From assembly GCF_964213995.1 (NCBI RefSeq), contig NW_027590479.1:186001-250000 (forward strand): a stretch of 64,000 nucleotides of DNA, given 5' to 3'. The notes under the pieces are model-generated. The model saw only the letters and a list, made by a program, of their open reading frames with translations. It did not search any database and was not told the origin of the DNA. A program made the translations under genes and the position numbers. This DNA is from Mustelus asterias. Taxonomy: Eukaryota. This document shows, piece by piece, positions 51,162 through 63,351 of the stretch (its first letter is position 1; every line of letters starts with the position of its first letter).

Positions 51162-52459
51162 GTGTTTGAACAGAGACAGTGAACATTCCAACAAACCCTC
51201 AATATGATCAGAACCACTTCACTCAGGTTCATTCACTGCAGTCCAGCTTGTATTTTCATGTCATCAATGATTCTTTCCCATATCTCTCTCCTCGTATGAT
51301 ATTCAATCTTTCAAAGTTTGTCTTATCCTCTGTGACCTCAATTCTCCCTGGTTAATCATTGCTACAATTCTCTGATTTGAGAAATTATTTATATATATTG
51401 GGATACAGTGACAAACATTATTTCTTGCATGCTATACAAACAAAGCATACCATTCATAGAGTACATGGGGGAGAAGGAAAGGAGAGGGTGCAGAATGTAA
51501 TGTTACAGTTATAGCGAGGGTGTGGAGAAGCAACAGCTTAATATATGGTAGGTCCATTCAAAGGTCTGATGGCAGCAGGGAAGAAGCTGTACTTGCATCA
51601 GTTGGTACATTATTTCACCTGGCTTTATATGTACAGATTCAACAATAATCAATCCACCTCCTGTGTTAAAGAAAAGGAAACAGCTGTAATTTATGGGATA
51701 GACAGGAAATTGTGAATTTTTTGTTATAAACCATTTCTGAAAAGCTGCTGGTTCTGGAATGTAAAAGGGAAATTTGTGCCGATCTCGATTAAAGTGAACT
51801 GATGTATCGATTAGGTAGACAGAGAGAAACTATTTCCTCTGGTGAGGGAATCAAGAACAAGGGTGCATTGTGTGAAAGATTTGAGCTCAGACAGTCTGGA
51901 GTGAAATCAGGCAGCAATTCTTCAATTGTGACGAAAAGTCAAAAGGACCTGAAATGTTAGCTCTGTTTTCTCTCCGAATAGATGCTGGTCGACCTGCTGA
52001 GTTTTTCCGGCGTCCTCTGTTCTTGTAGCAATTCTTTCCAAATGGGAATAAAAAACAACAAATGCTGGAAAATGGGGTTGAGAAGAATGATTCCAGGGGT
52101 GAGAAACTTCAGATATGAAGATAGATTGGAGAAGCTGCGACTCTTGCACTTGGAGAAAAGAAGGCTAAGAGGAGGTTTGATAGAAGTATTCAAAATCATG
52201 AGGATGCAGAAGAGATTCACTGAGGTGGTCACAGGGAACAGAGGCTTTAGTTATCAGGAAAGATTAGAGAAACTGAGGCTCTTTTAATTGGAACAAAATC
52301 TGATTGAATATCTGAGGAAGAGGTTTAAAATTTCATCAGGTAAATGAAGAAAAACTATTTCCCCCAGTCGGTGAGTCAGGAACTAAAGGACATCAAATTC
52401 AAATCATCAACAAAAGTCTCAGAGCCAGGAATGAAATATTGAGCAGGCAACAATTAATT

Positions 52460-52745
52460 GAAAGTTTATTTATTGGTGTCACAAGTAGGCTCACATTGCC
52501 ACTCTAATAAAGTTACTGTGAAAATCCCCTAGTCACCATATCCCGGCGCCTGTTCAGGTAAACATGAGGGAGAATTTAGCATGTTTATTGCACCTAACCA
52601 GCATGTCTTTCTGACTGTGGGAGGAAACCAGAGCACCAGAGGAAACCTATGCAGACACGGGAATAACGTGCAAATCCCACACAGACAGTGACCTAAGCCG
52701 GGAATCGAACCGAGGTCCCTGGCGCTGTGAGGCAGCAGTGCTAAG
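52460..52745 (-). mobile_element. V-SINE, alternative-tail subfamily
   Basis: Core and tail on the minus strand. Confidence 0.82.
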
Positions 52746-52944
52746 CATTGAATGGGACTCCCACTGTCCCTGTGGATTTGTGTTCATACTGTCCCATCAA
52801 ACACTCCGAAGGGAAGTACATGCCTGTGTTACTGATACCTCGGAGGGATACCAAGGCTAAGAGAGACTCTTTGGAAGGGATGGGAAGTGGGTTCATGAGA
52901 GTAACCAGAGGGCTAAGAACTGAAATAATCCAAGTAATGAGGTC

Positions 52945-53685
52945 TTGGCTCAGTGGTTGCTTTCTCATATCTGAGTCAGGAGGTTGCAGGTTCAAATGCA
53001 GATCCAGACAATTGAACAGAAATTCCGAACTGACACTCCATTGCAGTACTGAGGGAGCCCCGCACTGTCAGAGGTCCCGTGTTTGAGGTGAGACTGAACA
53101 GACAGGTGCAAGAGATCCATTGATGCTATTTCAAAGAGCTGGGGATTTCCCCCCAGAGTCTTGGTCAATCTTTATTCCTCAATCAACATCACTCAAATAC
53201 ACGAGCGCACAGTGGTTAGCACTGCTGCCTCACAGCTCCAGCGACCTGGGTCCAATTCCTGGTTTGGGTCACTGTCTGTGTGGAGTTTGCACATTCACCC
53301 CGTGTCTGCGTGGGTTTCCTCCGGGTGCTCCGGTTTCCTCTCACAGTCCAAAGATGTGCGGGTTATGTGCATTGGCTATGCTAAGTTGCCCATAGTGTCC
53401 CGGGATGTGTAGGTTAGAGGGAATAGCGGGGTAAATATGTGGGATTGTGACAATAGGGCCTGGGGGGCGGATTGTTGTCGGTGCACACTCGATGGGCCAA
53501 ATGGCCTCATTCTGCACTGTAGGGTTTCTACATTATCTGGAGTATTGTTCATGGGATCTTGCTGTGCACATGAGCTGCTGCATTTTCAACATCGTCTGAA
53601 CTTCAAAAGAAATTAATTGGCTGAAAAAAGCTTTGGGACAACCTGATGTCATGAAAGGCTCGACAGAAATATAAATCTTTTTTTA
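52945..53685 (+). mobile_element. DeuSINE (SacSINE1/AmnSINE1-like) with a nested V-SINE at 53205-53530
   Basis: GTACTGAGGGAG..CACTGTCAGAGG, TTTATTCCTCAATCAACATCACT, GGATCTTGCTGTGCAC, CTTTGGGACA..GAAAGGC resemble the Deu domain and tail, recognised from memory. Confidence 0.7.
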
Positions 53686-53938
53686 AATGAGAAAAGACCA
53701 GAAATGGAACAGTCGAGAACAGGATTTCAATTCGCCCCCTCTTATCCTGGAGAAAACAAATACTTAACAAAAGGGTATTTGACACTGAGCTGATTTATTT
53801 TACATGTATTCAGAGTATTAAACTCCATCCCAGTTCTTGGGATTATCATCAGAAACAAACTCCACAAGTTAGAATGAACATGGTTCAGTCCAGGATGTGA
53901 TTAACAGCAGCAATAGCAGCAGAATCCAATCCCTGCTG

Positions 53939-54529
53939 TCACTTGTGAACCCGCTGGTGTCTCAGTAAGTGGGATGAATTAGTGAATCTCTTCCCACACT
54001 GGGAGCAGGTGAATGGCCTCTCCCCTGTGTGAACTCGTTTGTGTCTCAGTAGGTGGGATGACTGAATGAATCCCTTCCTACACACAGAGCAGGTGAACAG
54101 TCTTTCCCGCGTGTGAACTCGCTGGTGTTTTAGCAGAATTGATGAGTGAATGAACCCCTTCCCACACTCGGAGCAGGTGAACGGCCTCTCCCCAGTGTGA
54201 ACTTGCTGGTGTGTCTGCAGGTTGGATGACTGAGTGAATCCCTTCCCACACTGAGAGCAGGTGAACGGTCTCTGCCCGGTGTGAATGCGCTGGTGAGTCA
54301 GCAAATCCGGTTTCCTTTTAAAGCTCTTCTCACAGTCAGAGCAAGTGAAAAGTTTGTTATCAGAATGAACAAGATGGTGTGTCTGAAGACAGGATAACCG
54401 AGTGAATCCTTTCCCACACACAGAGCAGGTGAATGGCCGTTCCCCGGTGTGACTGCGTCGATGAGCCTCCAGATGGGAAGGACAACTGAATCCCTTCCCA
54501 CAGTCCCCACATTTCCATGGTTTCTCCAT
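53939..54529 (-). CDS. C2H2 ZNF (type B, MEKPWK start), 7 fingers
   Basis: Open ORF with Kozak-like GGCACCATGG; fossil fingers lie upstream. Confidence 0.88.
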   Translation of the reverse strand: MEKPWKCGDCGKGFSCPSHLEAHRRSHTGERPFTCSVCGKGFTRLSCLQTHHLVHSDNKLFTCSDCEKSFKRKPDLLTHQRIHTGQRPFTCSQCGKGFTQSSNLQTHQQVHTGERPFTCSECGKGFIHSSILLKHQRVHTRERLFTCSVCRKGFIQSSHLLRHKRVHTGERPFTCSQCGKRFTNSSHLLRHQRVHK

Positions 54530-55923
54530 GGTGCCAGTGTCCTTGTGTCTCTCCAGGTTGGGTGATCAGTTGAAGCCTCGTCCACACACAGAACACGTGT
54601 ACAGTTTCTCCTCGCTGTGAATGGTGTGATGATTTTTTAGGCTTTGTAACTGGTTCAAGCTCTTTCCACAGTCGGTTCACTGGAACACTCTCACTCAGGT
54701 GTGTGTGTGTCTCGGTGCTTTTCTAGTCACACTGATGTTTGAAATTCTTTTCCCACAAACAGAACAGGCAAACGTTTCTCCTTCCACATTCAGAGGTTGA
54801 TGATATTCAGCTCCTGATGAATCGAGTGAATGTCAGATATTGACGAGTGTTTCCCGATTGTAACTCCCTGCGGAAAAAAGTGTTTAGAAAAGCTGTCAAT
54901 GTAAGAACAGGATAACATTCAGAACAAACGTTTCTCTTGGTTTGAGTTTGCTGTGTATTAATCCTCCCCCTTTAACCCCTTAGAAAAGGAGTTTCCAAAA
55001 TCCATCACTGTCAGTCCAGGATACAAACTCTGAATTTGGTTATCTGAAGGGGATAAATGAACCGGGTTAGACGGAAAAGGCAGGGGAATACCACTCAGTG
55101 AATTGCTCATTCTGAGAGCCAGCACAGACACAATGGGCCAAATGGCCTCTTTCTGTGCTGTAACAATTCAGAGAAAGTCACAACATTCCCTCCTCCTGGT
55201 TTCTCGCCCAGGATGACGACACATTGATTTGATTTATTGTGACATGTGAAAAGTAATGTTTCTGGCAACCTATACAGACAAAACATACCATTCGTAGAGT
55301 ATATAAGGGAGAAATACAAAGTCTCACAACACCAGGTTAAAGTCCAACAGGTTTATTTGGTATCACGAGCTTTCAGAGCACTGCTCCTTCATTAGGTGAG
55401 CGTGTTCACCTGATGAAGGAGCAGTGTTCCAAAAGCTCCCAAATTTTTAACAAATTTAACAAAAGAATAACCAATTTTAACAAAAATAACAAACAGAACA
55501 TAATTTCATTCATGCCTTGTGAAAAACATGGATCTGAATCTTGTGTTCAGGGCTGGGTGTGTGGAGATATTTTCAGATGAGCCTTGGTCAACACCACTGA
55601 GACTAACTTTAAATTGCAGATTGTTTGAATTGAATGGATTTGAAGCCCTGTCCCCAGAACATTGTGCTGTCTCTCTGGATTACTAATGCAGTGACATTGC
55701 CACAGGTTCAGTCTCTGAATTCAGGGGAATGATCACAGTCACATATTCTTAAAGGGAGACTGCAGGTCCAAGAACATAATCAGCTAATTAACTAGAATCT
55801 TAAACTCCAGCCAGTATTATGGTTGGTAACATCAGAGAAACAAACCTGAATTGTCAGAATGAACGTGGTTCAGTCCTGGGTATGATGAACACCAGCAACA
55901 TCAGTGGAATCCAAACCCTTCAG

Positions 55924-56560
55924 TCACTTGTGAACTTGCTGGTGTGTCATCAGGTGGGCTAGCTGACTGAATCCCCTTGCACACACTGAACAGGCGAATG
56001 GTTTCTCCCGGGTGTCAACTCGCTGGTGTGTCAGAAGGTTTGATGAAGTTTTGAATCCTTTCTCACACATGGAACAAACGAATGGTCTCTCGCCAGTGTG
56101 AACTCGCTGGTGTGTCAGAATGTTTGATGAATTAGTGAATCTCTTCTCACACACAGAGCAGGTGAATGGCCTCTCCCCAGTGTGAACTCGCTGGTGTGTC
56201 AGCAGCTGGGATAACTGAATGAATCCCCTCCCACAAACAGAACAGGTGAATGGCTTTTCTCCAGTATGAACTCTCTGATGTATCAGAAGCTCAGATGACT
56301 GAGTGAATCCCTTCCCACATACGGAACAAGTGAACAGCTTCTCTCCAGTGTGACTGAATTTCCAGCAAGGATGGGTATTTGAATCCCTTTCCGCAATCTC
56401 CACATTTACAGTTTCTCCGTGATGCTGGTGTCCTTATTTCTCTCCAGGTTGGATGATCAGCTCAAGCCTCGTACACAGTACACGTCTACGGATTCTCTCT
56501 GCTTCAATTGCAATGTTTTATACACTATGCAACTGTTAAAACAATCTTCCCTCCATATTC
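55924..56560 (-). pseudogene. C2H2 ZNF (type B) probable pseudogene, 5 intact fingers
   Basis: Start ATG changed to ACG, TAA or frameshift, and a deletion in finger 1. Confidence 0.75.
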
Positions 56561-57319
56561 AAAGGGCAATAATACTCACACTCCGATTCATTGAGTATCA
56601 GATATTGATGCGATGTTTGGTTTGCGTTTCCCACCTCCAAATCCTCTGCTTCTAATAACCTGATAAAGGAGTTTGAAAAGTCATCACTGTCAGTACAAGA
56701 TAGAAATTCTGAACAGACAGTTCTCATTTGGTGGAATATTTTCCACTTTCATTCCCCCAAATTAATTTGGTCCTGAATTGATCCTAAATTGAATATCTTC
56801 TCCACAAATCCTCAGCTTCTAATATGTTGTCAATGGAGTTTACAAATGTAACCAATGTCAGTCCAGGATATAAATTCTCAACAGACAATTCAAATCTGTA
56901 TATCCCCATCCCACACACTCTCCCTCCTCCCTGGAAATCCAAATTAAGTTTTGGATAATACTTTCGAGATCCTTTTAACAAATTTAACAAAAAAAAACAA
57001 TTTTAACAAAAATAACAAATTGAGCATAATTTCATTCATTACTTGTGACAAACATGAATCTGAATCACTCTGACTGGCCAGACAGAATAACAGACGTTAA
57101 CGTTAACAGTTACATGGGTAAGATGGGTATAGAGGGATATGGACCAAATGCAAGCGATTGGGAGTAGTTTAGGGGTTTAAACAAAAAGGGCGGCATGGAC
57201 AAGTTGGGCCGAAGGGCCTGTTTCCATGCTGTAAACCTCTATGACTCTAACCTTGCGTCCAGAACTGTGTGTGTGGAGATTTTCTCAGAGGAGCCTCAGT
57301 CACCAGGGGTTTACAATGG

Positions 57320-57610
57320 GTTTGCCTCACAGCATCAGGGACCCGGGTTCAATTCCCGGCTTGGATCACTGTCTGTGTGGAGTGCATTTTCTCCCCATGT
57401 TTGCGTGGGTTTCCTCCGGGTACTCCAGTTTCCTCACAGTCCAAAGGTATGCAGGTTAGGTTGATTGGCTATGCTAAATTGACCCTAGTGTCAGGGGGGG
57501 ATTAGCAGGGTAAATGTGTGGGGTTACGGGAATAGGGCCTGGGTGGGATTGAGGTCGGTGCAGATTCAATGGGCCGAATAGTCTTCTGTACTGCAGGGAT
57601 CCTATGATTA
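57320..57610 (+). mobile_element. V-SINE
   Basis: Core and tail. Confidence 0.82.
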
Positions 57611-57829
57611 CCATCACTGAATCTAACTTTAAATTGCAGATTGTATTAATTGAATGGATTTGAAGCCCTGTCCCCAGAACATTGTGCTGTCTCTCTGGAT
57701 TACTAATGCAGTGACATTGTCACTCGGTCAGTGTGTCCCCCCTGCTCTCTTTATTGGAGGTGGTTTGTGGGGAGAAAACGGAAGCGGTGGATAGTGAGAG
57801 TGGAGAATGTTCATTGTAATCCCCCGGCC

Positions 57830-58275
57830 CCCCGGCACTGACCTCTCACCCGACACCTCACAATGCTTGGGGACTGATTGACAGCAGCTCCGACCAATAG
57901 GAGGAGGGGACGGGGCTGGAGGACCAATCGGAATGAATGAGAGGCGAGGCTGAGTGAGGCATGCGCAGTGTGATTAAGGGCAATGGGGAAGATTTTTTTT
58001 CCGATCTGCAATCCGTCCAGGAGAGAATGGCGGGAGCGATGGATCAGGTCAGTGACTGGATACGCTTCGTAAGCATGTCATATAGATTGCAAATGAGAAA
58101 GAATAACCCACCGGTTCCCGGGGACCGTTCCCCCGCCCTGGAGTGCTTTTCTCACAGAGCTGGGTTAGCGGCCGCCATCCTTATCCGGGCACTCGCAGTA
58201 GATAGAGCGCATGCGCAGCCGCCAGTTTTATTCGGGTACCAGGTAGAGCGCATGCGCAACCGCCATCTTTGTTGG
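57830..58275. promoter_or_regulatory. CpG-island bidirectional promoter module, copy 3
   Basis: Two CCAAT boxes, three GCATGCGCA (NRF1), CCGCCATCTT (YY1); aligns with 39250-39430. Confidence 0.78.
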
Positions 58276-58487
58276 GGGCAATAATTTTGATTATTTTTTC
58301 CACGAGAAATCAACCTGCTTCACGCTTCCACTTCCAGTTTCTTATTATTGAGGCAGAACAATGATAAATGGCCAGGGCAGTGACAATCATTTCTATTTAT
58401 GTTGTGTCTTCAACAAAATAAAAGTTTTAAGGCAATTCGGAGAAATGTTACAAAATAACAATTGACACTGAGCCAAATGACGAGATC

Positions 58488-58772
58488 ACAGAATCCCTGT
58501 CGTGCAAACCATTGGGCCCATCGAGACTGCATCAACAACAATCCCACCCTGACCCTATCCCCGTAACCCCACGTATTTACCTTGCTGACATGAAGGGGCA
58601 ATGCAGCATAGCCAATCAACCTAACCTGCACATCTTTGGAGTGAGGGAGGAAACTGGAGCACCCGGAGGAAACTCATGCAGACATCGGGGAAATGTGCAA
58701 ACTCTGCACAGAGGCTGGAATTGAACCTGAGTCCCTGGCGCTATGAGACAGCAGTGCTAACCACTGTGCCAT
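58488..58772 (-). mobile_element. V-SINE
   Basis: Core on the minus strand. Confidence 0.82.
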
Positions 58773-59972
58773 CAGTTTTGAGTAGTCTTAACGAAGGAGA
58801 GTGAGGTAGAGAATCAGAGCGGCTTAAGGAGGAAATTCCAGAGCTTGTGACTTGGACAAATGAAAAAGGTCATTACTGGGAGAGTGATTAAAATCGGAAA
58901 TGCTTAAGAGCCTGTGTGGCTGAGAAATATTACATAAATTTGGATGATTGCAACTATGTAGGTAAACAGGAATGAGAAATTTAAAAATTTGGTGCTTCTT
59001 AAAAGGAAGTGTTTGTAGACTGGTAAGCTCTACGGTGATGGCCGAACAAGATTTGATGCGAGTGAGCACATAACCTTTAAAACAAAAAGTCTGGTTCAGC
59101 CTCATTCATTTGGCAGGGACAGGGATAGAGCTGCTGGTGAGGAACTGAGTGCAATGGGTCCACTCTTCTCAGAATGTCAGACGAATTTGGATGGTGCGTG
59201 GCTCAGAGGGGAGCTTGCAGGTGATGGTGTCCACATACTCCTGCTGCCCTGGTCCATCCAGGTGGTGGAGGTTGAGGGTTTCGGAGATTCTATCAAATTG
59301 TGGCTCTGTTCTAGGTCTATAAAATGCCTCTCCATTGCCCATGTCTCTCCCACCCACTTCTCTCATTCTTACTCTTTCTGTCTCTCTTGTCACATTGAAT
59401 TCTCTAGCCCAGGGTGGTAGATGTTCCATCGTTGGTTAAGTTTAAGGATGGGATGGAGAGATTTTTGGTTTCTTGGGCGGGGCGGGGTGGGGAGAGGGGA
59501 GGGGGGGGTGGAGGTGGAGGTGAAAGATATGGGGAGCTGGCGGGAAAGTGGAATTGAAGACCAACACCAGCCATGATCATGTTGAATGGCTGGAGCCGGC
59601 TCAACAGGCCAAATGGTCTACTCCTGCTCCTATTGCTTGTGTTCGTGCAGATCTATGTGTAGACTCAGACCGAGTGGCAGGCTCCCTTCCCTGAAGGAGC
59701 TGATTGAACCTGATCACTTTTCACAAAAGATCCAACAGCTTTCATGGTCACCTTTCCCTCCTGTCAGCCCCATATAACACCAAATTCATTCACCTCAATT
59801 TCACAACCTGTTTTTGTGAGTTCTCTCTCACTCCCATTTTACTGTCTGAGATCAATTCCACGGGGTATCAGAAGGGGAGGATTTGCAGTCAGAAAACTCA
59901 AACCAAACATCCCATCAGATTCAAATGAAGTCACCTAATTTATCGTAACCTGAATATTTGTGAATCGTGAAA

Positions 59973-60993
59973 ATAGAAGGATAAAGCGTCATTCACAGTG
60001 GGGAGAAACGATGGGAATGTGGGGAGGGATTCAGATCTCCATGTGAACATTGGCCCAGACACACCGGGGAGAGGTCATTCACTTGCTCCAAGTGTGGGAA
60101 GGGATTCTCTCGCTCATCCAGCCTGCTGCAACACCAGCGAGTTCACACTGGAGAGAGACCTTTCACTTGCTCCAACTGTGGGAAGGGATTCGCTCAGTCA
60201 AACAACCTGCTGAGACACCAGCGAGTTCACACTGGGAAGAGACCATTCACTTGCTCGGAGTGTGGGAAAGGATTCGCTCGGTCCTCTGACTTGATGGCGC
60301 ACCAGCGAGTTCACACTGACGAGAGACCATTCAAATGTCCAGACTGTGGGAAGTGCTATAAAAGTTCCCGGGACCTGATACTCCATCAACGTGCTCACAG
60401 TGACGAGAGGCCATTCAGATGCTGTCATTGTGAGACTGGGTTCAAACAATCATCTCAACCCACTGAGTACCAGCATAGTCACACCGGGGAGAGGCCATTC
60501 ACCTGCTCAGTGTGTGGGAATGGGTTCAGTCGGTCATCTAACCTGCGGACACACCAGCGAATTCACACTGGGGAGAGACCTTTCACCTGTTCTGAGTGTG
60601 GGAAGGGATTCACTCAGTTATCCACTCTGCTGAATCACCAGAGTGTTCACAATGAGAAGAGACCATTTCAATGTCCAGACTGCAGGAAGTGCTACAAAAG
60701 TTCCCGGCAACTGCTCCACCATCAACAAGTTCACACTGAGGAGAGACCTTTTAAATGCCCAGACTGTGAGAAGTGTTTTAAAAGTTCTGGGGAACTGATG
60801 CGCCATCAACGTGTTCACACCGATGAGAAACCGTTCAGGTGCTCTCACTGTGACACTGGGTTCAAGACATCATCTGAACCTCACTGTACATCAGCGAGTT
60901 CACACTGGGGAGCGACCATTCACCTGCTCCCAGTGTGGGAAGGGATTCACTCAGTCATCCCCTCTGCTGACACACCAGCGAGTTCATAGGTAA
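59973..60993 (+). pseudogene. C2H2 ZNF (type A) probable pseudogene, about 11 fingers
   Basis: ATG changed to ATA plus TAA at the start, N-terminal deletion, 1-nt frameshift near 60875. The frame is open from about 59985 to the frameshift. Confidence 0.75.
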
Positions 60994-61319
60994 CTAAGGT
61001 GATTAGATTTTACTGTTAATAAGATCAGGACTGATCCATGTTCATTGGGGTCTGTTTCTGTTCATGTTGGTAAACTTCAAACCAAAAGAGAAAATGCTGG
61101 AAAATCTCAGCAGGTCTGGCAGCATCTTTAAAGAGAGAAAAGAGCTGACGTTTCAAGTCCAGATGACCCTTTGTCAAAGCTTAGTTGGTAAACTTCAACC
61201 CAGTTACATGGGCTAATACTCTGGATAAAAGTTAAATAAGTCAACATTGTGTTCGCACATTATGTTGAATCTTTAACACCTCAAACATTAGTTAGTTCCT
61301 TCTGAAGGTCTCTTTCTCG

Positions 61320-62230
61320 CCCATCTCCTCCATTCTCACCTCCAACAAGTGTGAGGAGTTCATGAAGCTTCTTTGTTACTAAGATTGAGATAATTCGATC
61401 AGCTGCCGCTGCTGTATCCCTCCCTTCCACGCGCCTACTGGGACAAACCATGTCTCAAGTTCCCTCTTGACCAAGCCCAGAACAGACATCTTTCTCCAGT
61501 TTCTCTCCTATCTCCCCTCGTGCCCGCTCCATGTTTATCTTGTCCATGAGACCCACCCCGTGCTCCATCGACCCTATTCTCACTAAATTGCTGATCATCC
61601 AACTTCCCCACATTTGGTGATATTGTTAATGGTTCTCTCTTTTCCCTGGTACTGTCCCCCTCACTTTTGAATCCTCTGAAATCACCCACCCTGAAAAAAA
61701 CACTCAATCCCAGTCTTTGCCAACTATTGCCCCATCTCCAATCTCCCTTTCCTCTCCAAACCCCCTGAACTCGGTGAGCCCCAAGGATCTATCCTTGGCC
61801 CCTCCTATTTCTCATCCACATGCTGCCACTGAATGACATCATCCAAAAGCACCGTGTTAGTTTTCCCATCTACACTGACAACACCCAGCTCTACCCATCC
61901 CTCTCCATTCCTCCACTGTTACTAAATTATCAAACTGCTTATCCCACATTCAGTACTGGATCAACAGAAATTTCCTCCAATTAAAAATTGGGAAGACCAA
62001 AGTCATTGTCTTCAGTCACCGTTACAAATTCTGTTCCCGAACTGCCAAGTCCATCCCTCTCCCTGGGAGCTGTCTGAAGCTGAATCACACTCTTCACAAT
62101 CTCCATGTCAGATTTGACCCCAAGATGAGTTTCTGACCACATATCCACACCATCACTAATACCAGATATTTCAATCCCCGTAACATCACCTGACCCCACC
62201 CCACCCCACCCCAGCTCATCTGCTGTAGCT
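61320..62230 (+). mobile_element. L2 LINE relic
   Basis: PQGSILGP.LF and Y.D.TQLY relics. Confidence 0.7.
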
Positions 62231-62589
62231 CCTTACCCAGCAGCCCACTGTGGAGGCACTGTGCTGGTCCCATTGGCCTGAGCCAACTGAGCATGTGTGG
62301 TGCTGGCAGGTGATCTGCATATTTAAAGGGACACTGTCCCTCTGTGCTGTTGTCATTTGAGCAGGACAAAAGTATTGTGAGAGAGGCTCATTTCAACAAA
62401 GAGGAGGGAGAGTGGGATTCAGGGGAATAAAAATAATGTAAAGTTATAAAACGGTCCACCCTGAAATGGTCCTTTTTTCTTTACAGTAATTACTAATATA
62501 AATAGTGAAATGAACAGGAAGCTCAGACCAGGCATCACATCAATCTCACCGAGTCGCTCGATTCATCAGGACTGAATATCATTGGCATC

Positions 62590-63351
62590 ATGGAAGGTGA
62601 GAGCAGCAGTCACAGCGAAGACAAACTGTACACGTGTTCCACATGTGGATCTGGATTCAACCAATCGACTGATATGGGAAGGCACAAGTGTAACCGAAAC
62701 AGGGAGAGTCCATGTGGACAATGTGGGAATACTGGGAACAGATTCCATTATCCGTCTGATCAGGAAACGAATCGATTTGGTCACACTGGGGAGAGTCCAT
62801 GTGGACAATGTGGGGATACCAGGAAGGGATTCTGTTATCCCTCTGATCAGGAAATTCATCGATGCAGTCACACTGGGGAGAGTCCATTCACCTGCCCCTT
62901 GTGTGAAAAGCGATTCACTCGATTTTCAAACATGTTGCGACACCAGCAGGTTCACACCGGGGAGAAACCCTTCACCTGCTCCCAATGCGGAAAGGGATTC
63001 ACTCAGTCATCCCACCTGCTGACACACCAGCGAGTTCACACTGGGGAGAGACCGTTCACCTGCTGGGTGTGTGGAAAGAGATTCACTGAGTCATCGGCCC
63101 TGCTGAGACACAAGCGAGTTCACACCGGGGAGAGACCATTCCCCTGCTGTGTGTGTGGGAAGGGATTTGCTGAATCATCAATCCTGCTGCGACACCAGCA
63201 AGTTCACACCGGGGAGAGGCCATTCAGCTGCTCAGTGTGTGGGAAGGGATTCACTCAATCATCCAACCTTGTGAGACACCAGCGGGTTCACAAGCAACTG
63301 CACTGTTCTGATTCTGCAGTTATTACTGCTGTTAATCAGATTCGGGGGTGA
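62590..63351 (+). CDS. C2H2 ZNF, 5 canonical fingers after 3 atypical units
   Basis: Open 253-aa ORF; acceptor TTTTTTCTTTACAG at about 62475-62487. Confidence 0.88.
   Translation: MEGESSSHSEDKLYTCSTCGSGFNQSTDMGRHKCNRNRESPCGQCGNTGNRFHYPSDQETNRFGHTGESPCGQCGDTRKGFCYPSDQEIHRCSHTGESPFTCPLCEKRFTRFSNMLRHQQVHTGEKPFTCSQCGKGFTQSSHLLTHQRVHTGERPFTCWVCGKRFTESSALLRHKRVHTGERPFPCCVCGKGFAESSILLRHQQVHTGERPFSCSVCGKGFTQSSNLVRHQRVHKQLHCSDSAVITAVNQIRG

Noticed and set aside
54566-54679. Selenocysteine call for the TGA codons
   Set aside because: No SECIS recognised and no upstream in-frame start established; kept only as a test within a finding.
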